Source: Flavobacteriales bacterium (GTDB taxonomy: Bacteria > Bacteroidota > Bacteroidia > Flavobacteriales_D > Crocinitomicaceae). From it: a stretch of DNA of 64,000 nucleotides. A program made the translations under genes and the position numbers. This document shows, one piece after another, positions 19,353 through 28,369 of this stretch; position 1 is the stretch's first letter; every line of letters starts with the position of its first letter. The DNA lies in NCBI GenBank assembly GCA_046073985.1, contig JBJTNI010000027.1, forward strand, positions 64,052 to 128,051. Reading direction: 5' to 3'. A model generated the notes under the pieces. The model was not told the origin of the DNA. It did not search any database and saw nothing but the letters and a program-made list of their open reading frames with translations.

Positions 19353-20501
19353 ATGAAATTTTCGTTGCTACTCGGTTTTGCTTTTACGGTCCTCACTGCA
19401 TCGGCACAAGTTATTGAAAAACCTACAGAAGTACCTGCTCAAGAGGTTATTGAACAAGTGGAGCCACCTTTAGAAGTCGTTCTGGAAGATGTGGCAGTTG
19501 AACCTGCAGGGCCAAGTGCTGCGAAGTTTCCTGGAGGCCCAGATTCTCTTCAGGCCTATTTAACCAGTGAAATCGAAGCATTTATTTATACCGATACCAA
19601 TGAGATTTTTCCGTTTGGCGAGCAAGTTTTTGTTGTTTTTGAGGTCAACACGAAGGGTGAGATCATCAATCCGCTCATTGAAATGGGCTACAACGCTTTA
19701 CTCGATTCAGCCGCGCTTACTATCGTTAGAAATATGCCCAACTGGCTACCTGCCACCAATGAATTGGATGAGCCGGTAGTATCCACGAATCGCCTGACAC
19801 TTCTTTTTGATTTAAATCTAGAATCTGATGAATATGAGTTCCCTGCAGACCATATTGAAGTCAAGAAAGGTCCACACTGGGCAGGTTCTGAAATAGGAAC
19901 TCAAATCAATACCAATGCTTTTCTGAGCTTTGACCCTAATTTTGCATCCAATCCTGAATGGCAAAATGTCCCGCTCAAGAGTACAGTATTTAACTTGAAT
20001 TTATTTGCACATAAAATCAGGTTGTTCTCTGATCATTTTGGTGTGGTTTCGGGTTACGGACTCAGTTTCATAAGTCATGAATTCAAGCCTAATTACACCC
20101 TCCAACATGACTCTTTATTCACCAGTGCGGTGTACGATTCCACTCAAAATTACAGACGCAGCACGCTTACCGGAATTTACTTGACCGTACCTCTCATTTT
20201 AGAAGTTGCTACCGGCGAAACTTTCGGTAATTCATTTTATGTCAATGCCGGTATACTCACAGGAGTAAGGTTATATAGCCATTATCGCCAAACAGGAAAA
20301 TTTGAAAACGGAGACAAATTCGAGTGGATAACCCGTTCTAAGTTTAATATGAATCCATGGATGTTAGACGCAACTGTCAGGGCGGGCTATGGTGCGTTTG
20401 GCGTTTTTGTCAATTATGCATTGATGAGTACATTCAAAACAGGTGCCACTGTTGGTCAATATCCACTTCGCTTCGGAATTTCTGTCAATATTCCTCAGTA
20501 G
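19353..20501 (+). CDS. secreted protein: Pro/Glu-rich linker, TonB_C-like domain and C-terminal beta-barrel-like domain
   Basis: Signal peptide (TASAQ), linker KPTEVPAQEVIEQVEPPLEVV, TonB-C-like AKFPGGPDSLQAYL...VFVVFEVNTKGEI...LDSAALTIVRNMPNW, then ~230 aa of alternating beta-strand pattern. Starts 29 nt after the receptor gene. Confidence 0.6.
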   Translation: MKFSLLLGFAFTVLTASAQVIEKPTEVPAQEVIEQVEPPLEVVLEDVAVEPAGPSAAKFPGGPDSLQAYLTSEIEAFIYTDTNEIFPFGEQVFVVFEVNTKGEIINPLIEMGYNALLDSAALTIVRNMPNWLPATNELDEPVVSTNRLTLLFDLNLESDEYEFPADHIEVKKGPHWAGSEIGTQINTNAFLSFDPNFASNPEWQNVPLKSTVFNLNLFAHKIRLFSDHFGVVSGYGLSFISHEFKPNYTLQHDSLFTSAVYDSTQNYRRSTLTGIYLTVPLILEVATGETFGNSFYVNAGILTGVRLYSHYRQTGKFENGDKFEWITRSKFNMNPWMLDATVRAGYGAFGVFVNYALMSTFKTGATVGQYPLRFGISVNIPQ

Positions 20502-20509
20502 GGACTGCC

Positions 20510-21469
20510 TTATTGCGCTGAATAGGAAAATTGGCTCAGGTCATTTCCTGCCATAAAAGACTTGGCATCCATTCGTTTTTTACCTTCCATTTGTAAGGAA
20601 TGAATTAACAAATTACCGTTGCCACAAGGAAATAAAATACCAGCTTTATGAGCTTGAGGACCCGTTTTTCGATCACATTGTAGCGGTGTTGGTTCGGACT
20701 CAAAAATCTTGAACTGAATCCATTCCTTTTTGGTACTTGACCATAATTTACACCAAGCTCCAGGATACGGATTCAAACCTCTAATGAGGTTGTGAATTGC
20801 TGTTGTTTGCAGTTGCCAATCGATGACCGTATTCTCCTTGAAGAGTTTAGGAGCAAGTGCGCGTTTTCCTTCGATTGGTGTTTGAGAAAGTGCTTGAATA
20901 TGACCTGCAGCTAAGTCGTCACAAGTTTCTAAGGTAAGTGTTGCGCCCAATTCTTGCAATTGGTCGTGTAATTCGCCTACATTCATTTCCGGACTAATCT
21001 CGACTTCAGCTTGTTTCAAAATAGCCCCCGCATCGATTTGTTCATTGATCAGAAAGGTGGTCACACCCGTTTTTGTTTCGCCATTAATGAGTGCCCAATT
21101 GATCGGAGCCGCCCCTCGGTAGGCAGGTAATAAACTAGCATGTAAATTAAAGGTGCCTAAAGGCGGAAGTTGCCATACAACATCCGGAAGCATGCGAAAG
21201 GCAACCACCACAAATACGTCAGCTTTCCATTCTTTCAGTTGTTCAATGAAAACCTCATCACGTAATTTTTCGGGCTGCACCAAGGGTAGTTGCTGCTCGA
21301 GGGCATATTGCTTTACAGCACTTTGATGCATGAGTTGCCCTCTGCCAGCTGGCTTGTCAGCTACAGTAACTACACCAACCACACTGTGATGACTTTGGTG
21401 TAACTCAGCTAAAATGCGAACAGCAAATCCTGGTGTACCCATGAAAACTATGCGAAGTGATTTTTTCAT
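20510..21469 (-). CDS. fmt: methionyl-tRNA formyltransferase
   Basis: IVFMGTPGFAV N-terminus and HASLLPAYRGAAPI motif. ATGA overlap with the MATE stop. Confidence 0.92.
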   Translation of the reverse strand: MKKSLRIVFMGTPGFAVRILAELHQSHHSVVGVVTVADKPAGRGQLMHQSAVKQYALEQQLPLVQPEKLRDEVFIEQLKEWKADVFVVVAFRMLPDVVWQLPPLGTFNLHASLLPAYRGAAPINWALINGETKTGVTTFLINEQIDAGAILKQAEVEISPEMNVGELHDQLQELGATLTLETCDDLAAGHIQALSQTPIEGKRALAPKLFKENTVIDWQLQTTAIHNLIRGLNPYPGAWCKLWSSTKKEWIQFKIFESEPTPLQCDRKTGPQAHKAGILFPCGNGNLLIHSLQMEGKKRMDAKSFMAGNDLSQFSYSAQ

Positions 21470-22794
21470 ACCTGTTTCTTTTGCCAAGCGAAGTTTTTTA
21501 AATACAAAATAGAAATAAGCCCGAGTAAACCAAAATAGATGTATTCAACGGTCCAAATCCAAAAAATATCTAAGTTCCAAACTTTGATAAATAAATAACA
21601 AAAAATGGCGTAAACACCCACTGTGAAGAATTCAATGAGCATCGAGTGAATGGTATTTCCACTGCCATGAATGGTTTGAAAATATACGGAAATAAACCCA
21701 AAAACTAAAATTGAAACCGCAATGAGGCGCAGTATATCAGCGCTCTTGGATACGTAAGCTTCTGCCGGATTCACCATCCGAATCATGGCCTCCGGATAGA
21801 GTACTGCGCCGTGAAATGTGAGCAACATAAAGCTAATTGTCAGCAGTTGTATGCGCCTTTGAATCAGCGGGATTTGATCATACTTTTTGGCACCTAAGTA
21901 TTGAGAAATATAGGTTTTTGTGGTGCCGGCAAAACCCCAAATCGGCACAAAGGCCAAGAAATAAATGGAGCGAATGTTTTGAGAAACGGTTAGGTCAAAG
22001 GTTCCTTTTTGTTCGAGCCAAGTAAAAAAGAGCGTCCATGTGGCTAAGGCTGAAAATCCTTGTAACAACAATGGGCTTCCAACTTTGAGTAATTCCTTGA
22101 GTGAGCCCAGGTGTAGTTTGAAATAAGACAACAATTGGTAGTTTTTTCTTTCTTTTGAGAACCAAAGAAACCCGAGCATACTCAGCATGCCAATGCCGTC
22201 GGCTATCATCGAAGCCATGGCTGCTCCTTGGATACCTAATTCGGGTAAACCCCATTTTCCGAAAATGAGCAAATACGCCAAAAGGGCATTAGAACTTGCC
22301 GTTAAAAGTGAAGTCACTAAAACAACCCAAGATTTCCCTTCGGCTAAAAAGAAAGATTGAATGGCCAAGGTTATCATGGCAAAAAACAAAGAAAAACTGC
22401 GTTGTTCAATATAAATTCCTTGCAGGTGCGCGATTTCTTTTTGGGCAGAATAGGTATACACTAAATCAGGCATCACCCAATATAAAACCATAAAAAGTAG
22501 CATGGCTAAGCCCATCAAAACCCATACTGTGGTGCCAAAAACTTGCCCGATGAGGTCGGGTCTATCTTGCCCAATTCGTCGTGCAATAATGATTTGAGCG
22601 CCATCTGCCATTCCTGCCAAACACATGTATAGCGTCACGTACAACAACCCTGCATTGCCTACTGCGTCAAAAGCAGCAGTTGAATACCTGGCAATCAAAG
22701 ATGCATCGGTCAAGAGTACGATTGACTGAATAAATCCGGTTACCATCATGGGTAACGCAACTCCTAAAATCGTACGGTAGTTCAGTGCAAGCAT
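21466..22794 (-). CDS. MATE-family efflux transporter
   Basis: 12-TM profile. Start taken at MLALNYRTILGVALPMM, a TAATG overlap with the upstream gene. The track ORF's longer N-terminus is non-membrane junk overlapping the RlmI-like gene. Confidence 0.8.
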   Translation of the reverse strand: MLALNYRTILGVALPMMVTGFIQSIVLLTDASLIARYSTAAFDAVGNAGLLYVTLYMCLAGMADGAQIIIARRIGQDRPDLIGQVFGTTVWVLMGLAMLLFMVLYWVMPDLVYTYSAQKEIAHLQGIYIEQRSFSLFFAMITLAIQSFFLAEGKSWVVLVTSLLTASSNALLAYLLIFGKWGLPELGIQGAAMASMIADGIGMLSMLGFLWFSKERKNYQLLSYFKLHLGSLKELLKVGSPLLLQGFSALATWTLFFTWLEQKGTFDLTVSQNIRSIYFLAFVPIWGFAGTTKTYISQYLGAKKYDQIPLIQRRIQLLTISFMLLTFHGAVLYPEAMIRMVNPAEAYVSKSADILRLIAVSILVFGFISVYFQTIHGSGNTIHSMLIEFFTVGVYAIFCYLFIKVWNLDIFWIWTVEYIYFGLLGLISILYLKNFAWQKKQV

Positions 22795-23969
22795 TAATCG
22801 ATTTGAATTACTAAACCTTTTAAATAGGCACCTTCTGGATGAAATGCTTGAATAGGGTGGTCTGCGGGCTGATGTAATTGCTCGAGGATGCGACATGACC
22901 TTCCGGCTTCTATTGCTGCAGCAATAACTGTATTGGTAAATAATTGTGTATCTACAACCTGCGAGCACGAAAAGGTGAAAATAAATCCGCCAGGTTTGAT
23001 CTGTCGAATGGCGTGGGCATTGAGCCTTTTGTATCCTTGTATGGCCTGATGTCTTTTGTCTCGGTGTTTTGCAAATGCAGGTGGATCGAGCACAATGATA
23101 TCGTAGTCCTCGGGGAGTTCCTTCATGTAATCCATGGCATCATCGACGATAGATGCGTGGTGGTCTTGGAATCCATTAAGCGCAACGTTGTCGTCAGTGA
23201 GGCCAATGGCTTTTTTAGAGCTATCTAGAGAATGCACCAAACTAGCGTTGTGATGCAAGGCTTGTAAGCTAAAACCACCTGAATAACAAAAAGTGTTGAG
23301 TACTTTTTTACCATTTGCATATTTACCCAGTAAGGCGCGATTTTCTCGTTGGTCAATGAAGAATCCTGTCTTTTGCCCATTGATCCAGTCGATATGATAC
23401 TTGACACCATTTTCAATGGCTAAATGCGGAACAGAGGCCTCACCAAAAAGATAGCTATCCTGAACTTCTTGGCGTTTTGGCAAGGTATCTGACGATTTAG
23501 AATAGACAGCTACCAGATGCTCGCCCATTACGGCTACTAACGCAGCAGCAATTAGCGCTACTTGTTTGAACATCCCAATGGAATGGCATTGAATGACTGC
23601 TACACCTGCATAGTAATCAATGATTAAACCTGGTAATTGATCTCCTTCACCGTGGCATAGTCGAAATATATTATTGTCGTTGCGGAGCAAACCAATTTTT
23701 AGTCGCAGTTCAAAAGCGTTTTTAAGGCGGTTTTCGTAAAAAGCTTGATCAATTGTTTCGTAATCGAAACTGAGCATTCTGACCGCGATAGTAGCATGCT
23801 GATAATGCCCAACGCCGAGCACTTGCTGTTTTTTTGTGGTCAAACAAACGATGTCGCCGTCTTGCAGTTCGTCAGTTTGATCGGCAATGGCTCCTGAAAA
23901 CACCCATGGATGCTTTCTGTAAATTGACTGCTCTTTGCCTTTCGTAATGGTCAGAAGGGGATATAACAT
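22794..23969 (-). CDS. class I SAM-dependent rRNA (cytosine-C5) methyltransferase, RlmI-like
   Basis: PUA-like N-terminus (HPWVFSGAI), SAM motifs LNTFCYSGGFSL and VLDPPAFAK. Confidence 0.8.
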   Translation of the reverse strand: MLYPLLTITKGKEQSIYRKHPWVFSGAIADQTDELQDGDIVCLTTKKQQVLGVGHYQHATIAVRMLSFDYETIDQAFYENRLKNAFELRLKIGLLRNDNNIFRLCHGEGDQLPGLIIDYYAGVAVIQCHSIGMFKQVALIAAALVAVMGEHLVAVYSKSSDTLPKRQEVQDSYLFGEASVPHLAIENGVKYHIDWINGQKTGFFIDQRENRALLGKYANGKKVLNTFCYSGGFSLQALHHNASLVHSLDSSKKAIGLTDDNVALNGFQDHHASIVDDAMDYMKELPEDYDIIVLDPPAFAKHRDKRHQAIQGYKRLNAHAIRQIKPGGFIFTFSCSQVVDTQLFTNTVIAAAIEAGRSCRILEQLHQPADHPIQAFHPEGAYLKGLVIQID

Positions 23970-23972
23970 GTG

Positions 23973-23980
23973 CAAAAATA
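23973..23980 (-). promoter_or_regulatory. -7 box TATTTTTG, 3 nt upstream of the RlmI-like ATG
   Basis: Exact TAnnTTTG match on the minus strand. Confidence 0.45.
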
Positions 23981-24015
23981 GCTTGAAAAAGCGTACATTT
24001 ACCAAAAATCAAGTT

Positions 24016-24276
24016 ATGGCCAACAAACGTATCCTTAAGAGAAATATCAACGAAATGGTATTCGATGTCGTAGAAGAATGCTTCTTTTTCGAAATGACTT
24101 CACCTGCAAAATCTGAAAATTCTGCAAAACTCATCGATGAAGCTGCTGATTTTCAAGATGCCATGTTGTCAAAAATCAACAAAGCCAAAGGAAAAGCTGA
24201 ATTCAGAGCTATTGCCACAGAAGTAGAAGCCAAAGCAGTTTACTTTGTAGACGCCCTCAACGGCCTTAACAAATAA
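24016..24276 (+). CDS. hypothetical 86-aa helical protein
   Basis: ORF from MANKRILK. Its TAA stop is immediately followed by the transporter ATG. Confidence 0.45.
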   Translation: MANKRILKRNINEMVFDVVEECFFFEMTSPAKSENSAKLIDEAADFQDAMLSKINKAKGKAEFRAIATEVEAKAVYFVDALNGLNK

Positions 24277-25590
24277 ATGTCATCTATGCTTGGCATAGAT
24301 ACCTTTACTTTAGCCCTTTCTCTAGCAGCACTCATGATCCTACTCTGGATCACAGAGTGGATACCTGTTTACCTCACAGCGCTTTTGCCCATACTTTTGG
24401 GCGCACCATTGGGCTTACTCTCACCCAAAGAACTCGCTACTTGCTACGGCGATGCCAATATCTTTTTGTTTTTTGGTGGTTTTGTACTTGCCTTAGGTCT
24501 TGAGAAATGGGGTGTACATGAACAAATAGCACGTCGTATCATCGCTATTGTCGGCGATCAAAAATCCAAGATTTTACTCGGATTTATATTGAGTACAGGC
24601 CTAATTTCCATGTGGATTTCCAATACGGCTACTGCTCTCATGATGCTACCAATGGCTGTAGCGGTTATAGAAGCTATGCCAGTTGCTCACCGCGAATCCA
24701 GATTCAGTGCGCTGCTCATGCTCTCGGTGGCCTATGCTGCGAATATCGGAGGTGTAGGAACGCTCATTGGATCTCCACCAAATACCCAAATGGCCTCTAT
24801 TTTGTCAGAGAACTTTCATGTACAAGTCAGCTTTTTTGATTGGATGAAGATCGGGCTTCCGCTTGCTTTGTTGCTGTTGCTACTGATGTATTTCTATTTT
24901 CATTACTTGCTTGGACCAGAACGAAAAGATGTTCACGACTTACATTTTCATACTTTGCCCTGGACAAAGCCACAGAAACGGGTACTTTGGATTTTTTCTG
25001 TGGTTGCAGTACTCTGGATATTTAGAGAGCCATTGTCAAATTGGACTGGTATTGCATACCGAGATGAAAATGCAGCAATTTTGGGTGCATTAGCACTTTT
25101 TTTATGGCCTAGTGGAGAAACAAAACAAACTTTACTGAAATGGTCCGATACAGAAAAACTTCCTTGGGGCATACTTTTATTATTCGGTGGAGGACTCGCT
25201 TTGGCAGCCATGCTTGAAAAAAATGGCATCCTTGAAAGCTTGTCAGCACATTTCAATTTTGCTGATGGCATCAATCCGGTACTTTTAATTATCCTATTGA
25301 CCACATTAGCTATTTTTATTTCAGAGGTGTTGTCAAACCTAGCTATGGTTACGGTGTTCATACCGATTATAGGCGTATTTGCTCAACAAACACAAACCCC
25401 ACTTTTCCCGTTGGCTATGGCCCTAACACTCGGGGCCAGCTTGGCATTCATGATGCCTGTAGGTACACCTCCTAATGCAATCGTCTTTGGTTCGGGTTAT
25501 TTGAAAATCAAACAAATGGTTCGAATAGGCTTTGTTTTGAATTTGATCAGCCTTCTATTGATCAGTCTTTTTATTGTTTTGTTCTTCTAA
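24277..25590 (+). CDS. SLC13/DASS-family anion:sodium symporter
   Basis: Multi-TM protein with repeated SNTATALMM- and PVGTPPNAI-type hairpin motifs. Confidence 0.8.
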   Translation: MSSMLGIDTFTLALSLAALMILLWITEWIPVYLTALLPILLGAPLGLLSPKELATCYGDANIFLFFGGFVLALGLEKWGVHEQIARRIIAIVGDQKSKILLGFILSTGLISMWISNTATALMMLPMAVAVIEAMPVAHRESRFSALLMLSVAYAANIGGVGTLIGSPPNTQMASILSENFHVQVSFFDWMKIGLPLALLLLLLMYFYFHYLLGPERKDVHDLHFHTLPWTKPQKRVLWIFSVVAVLWIFREPLSNWTGIAYRDENAAILGALALFLWPSGETKQTLLKWSDTEKLPWGILLLFGGGLALAAMLEKNGILESLSAHFNFADGINPVLLIILLTTLAIFISEVLSNLAMVTVFIPIIGVFAQQTQTPLFPLAMALTLGASLAFMMPVGTPPNAIVFGSGYLKIKQMVRIGFVLNLISLLLISLFIVLFF

Positions 25591-25630
25591 TTGAAACAAT
25601 ATTACTATTTTTCGAAGCTAAACCAACATT

Positions 25631-27397
25631 ATGCTTACTATAGATCGCTTGTTTGATGTCCCAAGACATCAGTTAAAGAATTACCCTAATGCCAACATGT
25701 TTGTTACCAAAACGGCCGGTATTTGGGTCCCGATGTCAACAGTAGATTTTCTAGATGCAGCAATGCAAGTCTCAAGAGGGCTTATAGCACTTGGAATCGA
25801 AGCCGGAGACCGAGTGGCTGTAGTTAGTTCCAATCGAGTAGAGTGGAATATTTTAGACATTGCCGTACAACAAGTTGGGGCCATCTTAGTGCCACTTTAT
25901 CCGAATATCTCTGCGTCTGATTACCGATTTATCCTCAACGATGCAGGGGTAGAATTATGTGTGGTTTCCAATCAAGAATTAGTCGATAAAATCAATGAAG
26001 TCAAGTCAGAAGTACCTTCCTTGAAGCACCTAATGTCTTTTGATCAATTGCCTAATTGCAAACACTGGTCAGAGATTGAAGCGCTCAAAGGAAGCATTGA
26101 CGTAGCTGTAGTTGAAGAACGCATGAAAGACGTTAAAAACGCTGATTTAGCAACTATCATATATACCTCAGGCACAACTGGCAACCCTAAAGGCGTCATG
26201 CTTTCTCATGCCAATATTTTATCAACTGTAGCCTCATGTATTGACCCTATTCCGGCCGATAAAAATTCAAAAGTCTTGAGTTTTTTACCAGTTTGCCATA
26301 TTTACGAGCGCATGCTGCATTATCTCTACATGTATATAGGTTGTTCCATTCATTTTGCCGAATCAATGGATACCATCGGAGATAACATTCGTGAAGTAAA
26401 GCCAGATGTCTTTTCTGCTGTTCCACGACTGATTGAAAAAGTATTCGATAAAATCATGGCAAAAGGAGAGGAGCTCTCAGGTGTCAAAAAAGCACTTTTT
26501 TACTGGGCAGTTGACCTTGCAGAGCAATACGATGTTGTTGGAAAATCCGCATTTTACAAGATGAAATTGGCAATTGCGCGCAAACTTATTTTTTCTAAAT
26601 GGCAAGAAGCACTCGGCGGCAACGTCAAAGCTATTGCATCGGGTTCTGCCGCTTTACAACCAAGATTGGCTCGCATATTTTTAGCAGCAGACATTCCCAT
26701 TCTGGAGGGCTACGGCCTCACCGAAACATCCCCAGTTATTTCTGTCAATAATTTCAATACGGGTATTCGAATAGGATCGGTGGGCCCCTTAGTTGATAAA
26801 GTTCAAGTTAAAATTGCTCCAGACGGTGAAATTTTAGTCAAGGGCCCTAATGTCATGATGGGATATTATAAAAACGAAGTTGCGACCAATGAAGTATTTG
26901 ATGCAGACGGTTGGTTTTGTACCGGAGACATCGGAGAATTCCAAGAAGGTAATTTTTTGCGAATTACAGATCGTAAAAAGGAGATTTTCAAAACCTCTGG
27001 CGGAAAATACATCGTGCCTCAGGCCATGGAGAATAGACTCAAGCAATCTCGTTTCATTGAACAAGCCATGGTCATTGGTGAAGGCGAGAAGTTCCCAGCT
27101 GTATTGATTGTGCCAAATTATGCTTTTGTTAAAGAATGGGCAAAGCGTCATGAGGCCAATTTTGATACCCTTTCAAACGAAGCAATAATGACCCAAGAAA
27201 TCGTTGTTAAACGCATTGAAAGAGAATTGAGCGAAATCAATAAAGAATATGGTTCATGGGAGCAATTGAAACAATTTAGATTATTGCCCAATGAATTCAC
27301 TATTGAGGGTGGCGAACTCACTCCAACGCTAAAATTCAAACGCAAAAAAATCCTTGAAAAATACCAAGAAGCATACAAGCAGATTTACTCAGCTTAA
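25631..27397 (+). CDS. long-chain fatty acid--CoA ligase (AMP-binding)
   Basis: YTSGTTGNPKGV AMP-binding signature, GYGLTE and TGD motifs, 588 aa. Confidence 0.88.
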   Translation: MLTIDRLFDVPRHQLKNYPNANMFVTKTAGIWVPMSTVDFLDAAMQVSRGLIALGIEAGDRVAVVSSNRVEWNILDIAVQQVGAILVPLYPNISASDYRFILNDAGVELCVVSNQELVDKINEVKSEVPSLKHLMSFDQLPNCKHWSEIEALKGSIDVAVVEERMKDVKNADLATIIYTSGTTGNPKGVMLSHANILSTVASCIDPIPADKNSKVLSFLPVCHIYERMLHYLYMYIGCSIHFAESMDTIGDNIREVKPDVFSAVPRLIEKVFDKIMAKGEELSGVKKALFYWAVDLAEQYDVVGKSAFYKMKLAIARKLIFSKWQEALGGNVKAIASGSAALQPRLARIFLAADIPILEGYGLTETSPVISVNNFNTGIRIGSVGPLVDKVQVKIAPDGEILVKGPNVMMGYYKNEVATNEVFDADGWFCTGDIGEFQEGNFLRITDRKKEIFKTSGGKYIVPQAMENRLKQSRFIEQAMVIGEGEKFPAVLIVPNYAFVKEWAKRHEANFDTLSNEAIMTQEIVVKRIERELSEINKEYGSWEQLKQFRLLPNEFTIEGGELTPTLKFKRKKILEKYQEAYKQIYSA

Positions 27398-27437
27398 AGC
27401 ATAAAAAAAGCCGGCTGACGCCGGCTTTTTTTATGCT
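27398..27437. terminator. bidirectional intrinsic terminator (perfect 18-bp palindrome, 4-nt loop)
   Basis: AGCATAAAAAAAGCCGGC-tgac-GCCGGCTTTTTTTATGCT between convergent genes. GC core flanked by an A-run and a T-run. Confidence 0.85.
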
Positions 27438-27450
27438 TAGTATCGAATAC

Positions 27451-27678
27451 TTAGTGCTTTCCTGAAGAGCAGCAAGATTTTTGTGTAGTACTAGATGAAG
27501 AACATCCTTGTTTTTGAGTGGTGCTAGAAGAAGAGCAGCAGCTTCCGCTTTTTTTCTTTTTCTTGCGTTTGTCGTCGTCTTTTTTAACGATTTCCATACC
27601 GTTTACAGCTGCATAAGCTGTAGTTGCCATTGAACCTACAAACGTAGTAAGGGCGATTGCTACAAATACTTTTTTCAT
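27451..27678 (-). CDS. small secreted Lys-rich, Cys/Ser/Thr-rich repeat peptide (75 aa)
   Basis: Sec-type signal peptide (AYA/AV), KKDDDKRKKKKK block, then CC-SSSSTTQK-QG-CSSSSTTQK-SCCSSGKH. Lies 25 nt downstream of psd and is followed by the terminator. Confidence 0.55.
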   Translation of the reverse strand: MKKVFVAIALTTFVGSMATTAYAAVNGMEIVKKDDDKRKKKKKSGSCCSSSSTTQKQGCSSSSTTQKSCCSSGKH

Positions 27679-27703
27679 GGTGTTTTTTTTATAAAATTAC
27701 AAA

Positions 27704-28369
27704 TTAATTCAAACTTCCCAATTTGGTTAGTTTGGCTTTTACTTTCTGATTAAGTGTTACATCAATTTTTGTGCCTAAAGGCAAAAATAAATCAACGCGT
27801 GAACCAAATTTGATGAAACCAAATTCCGCACCTTGCTGGGCAGGATCTCCAGTTTGGGCATAGTAACATATTCTTCTGGCCATGGCGCCAGCAATTTGTC
27901 TGAATAAGATTTCTTGTCCGTTTTGGTGCTTTACAACACAGGTGCTGCGTTCGTTGTCAGTACTGCTTTTTGGGTGCCAAGCTACTAAGAATAATCCGGG
28001 GTGATACTTCGTGTAAGTAACCTCACCGCCAATAGGGTAGTAATTGGCATGTACATTCAAAGGCGACATAAAGATAGATACCTGTAGGCGACGGTCTTTG
28101 AAATATTCGGTTTCTTCCACTTCTTCAATGACGACTACTTTACCATCTGCAGGGCACATGATATCGAGAGAACCTCCGGTGCAAGTTCTTTTTGGGATGC
28201 GAAAAAATTGTAAGACAAGATAGAGTAATACGATAAAGCCCAGTTCTAGAAAAAGAAAGAGTCCGAAAACGACATCTTTCAGAAAATAAAAATTGATTGC
28301 ACTCAATACAATGAAGAGTGCAATTGAACCAAACATAATAGAGCGTCCTTCGCGGTGGAATGTCATCAT
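27704..28369 (-). CDS. psd: phosphatidylserine decarboxylase proenzyme
   Basis: Short membrane-anchored PSD type with an FGSR self-cleavage site (FIKFGSRVDL). ATGA overlap with the cdsA stop. Confidence 0.88.
   Translation of the reverse strand: MMTFHREGRSIMFGSIALFIVLSAINFYFLKDVVFGLFLFLELGFIVLLYLVLQFFRIPKRTCTGGSLDIMCPADGKVVVIEEVEETEYFKDRRLQVSIFMSPLNVHANYYPIGGEVTYTKYHPGLFLVAWHPKSSTDNERSTCVVKHQNGQEILFRQIAGAMARRICYYAQTGDPAQQGAEFGFIKFGSRVDLFLPLGTKIDVTLNQKVKAKLTKLGSLN

Noticed and set aside
22795-22968. 58-aa N-terminal extension of the MATE ORF
   Set aside because: It overlaps the RlmI-like C-terminus and is non-hydrophobic. The internal ATG gives a TAATG coupling overlap and a normal MATE N-terminus.
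24948-25361. 137-aa ORF antisense to the DASS transporter, plus several 60-75-aa same-strand alternative-frame ORFs at 24612-25093
   Set aside because: All are nested in a transporter gene with a continuous TM pattern. No independent promoter or terminator is visible and the sequences are low-complexity.
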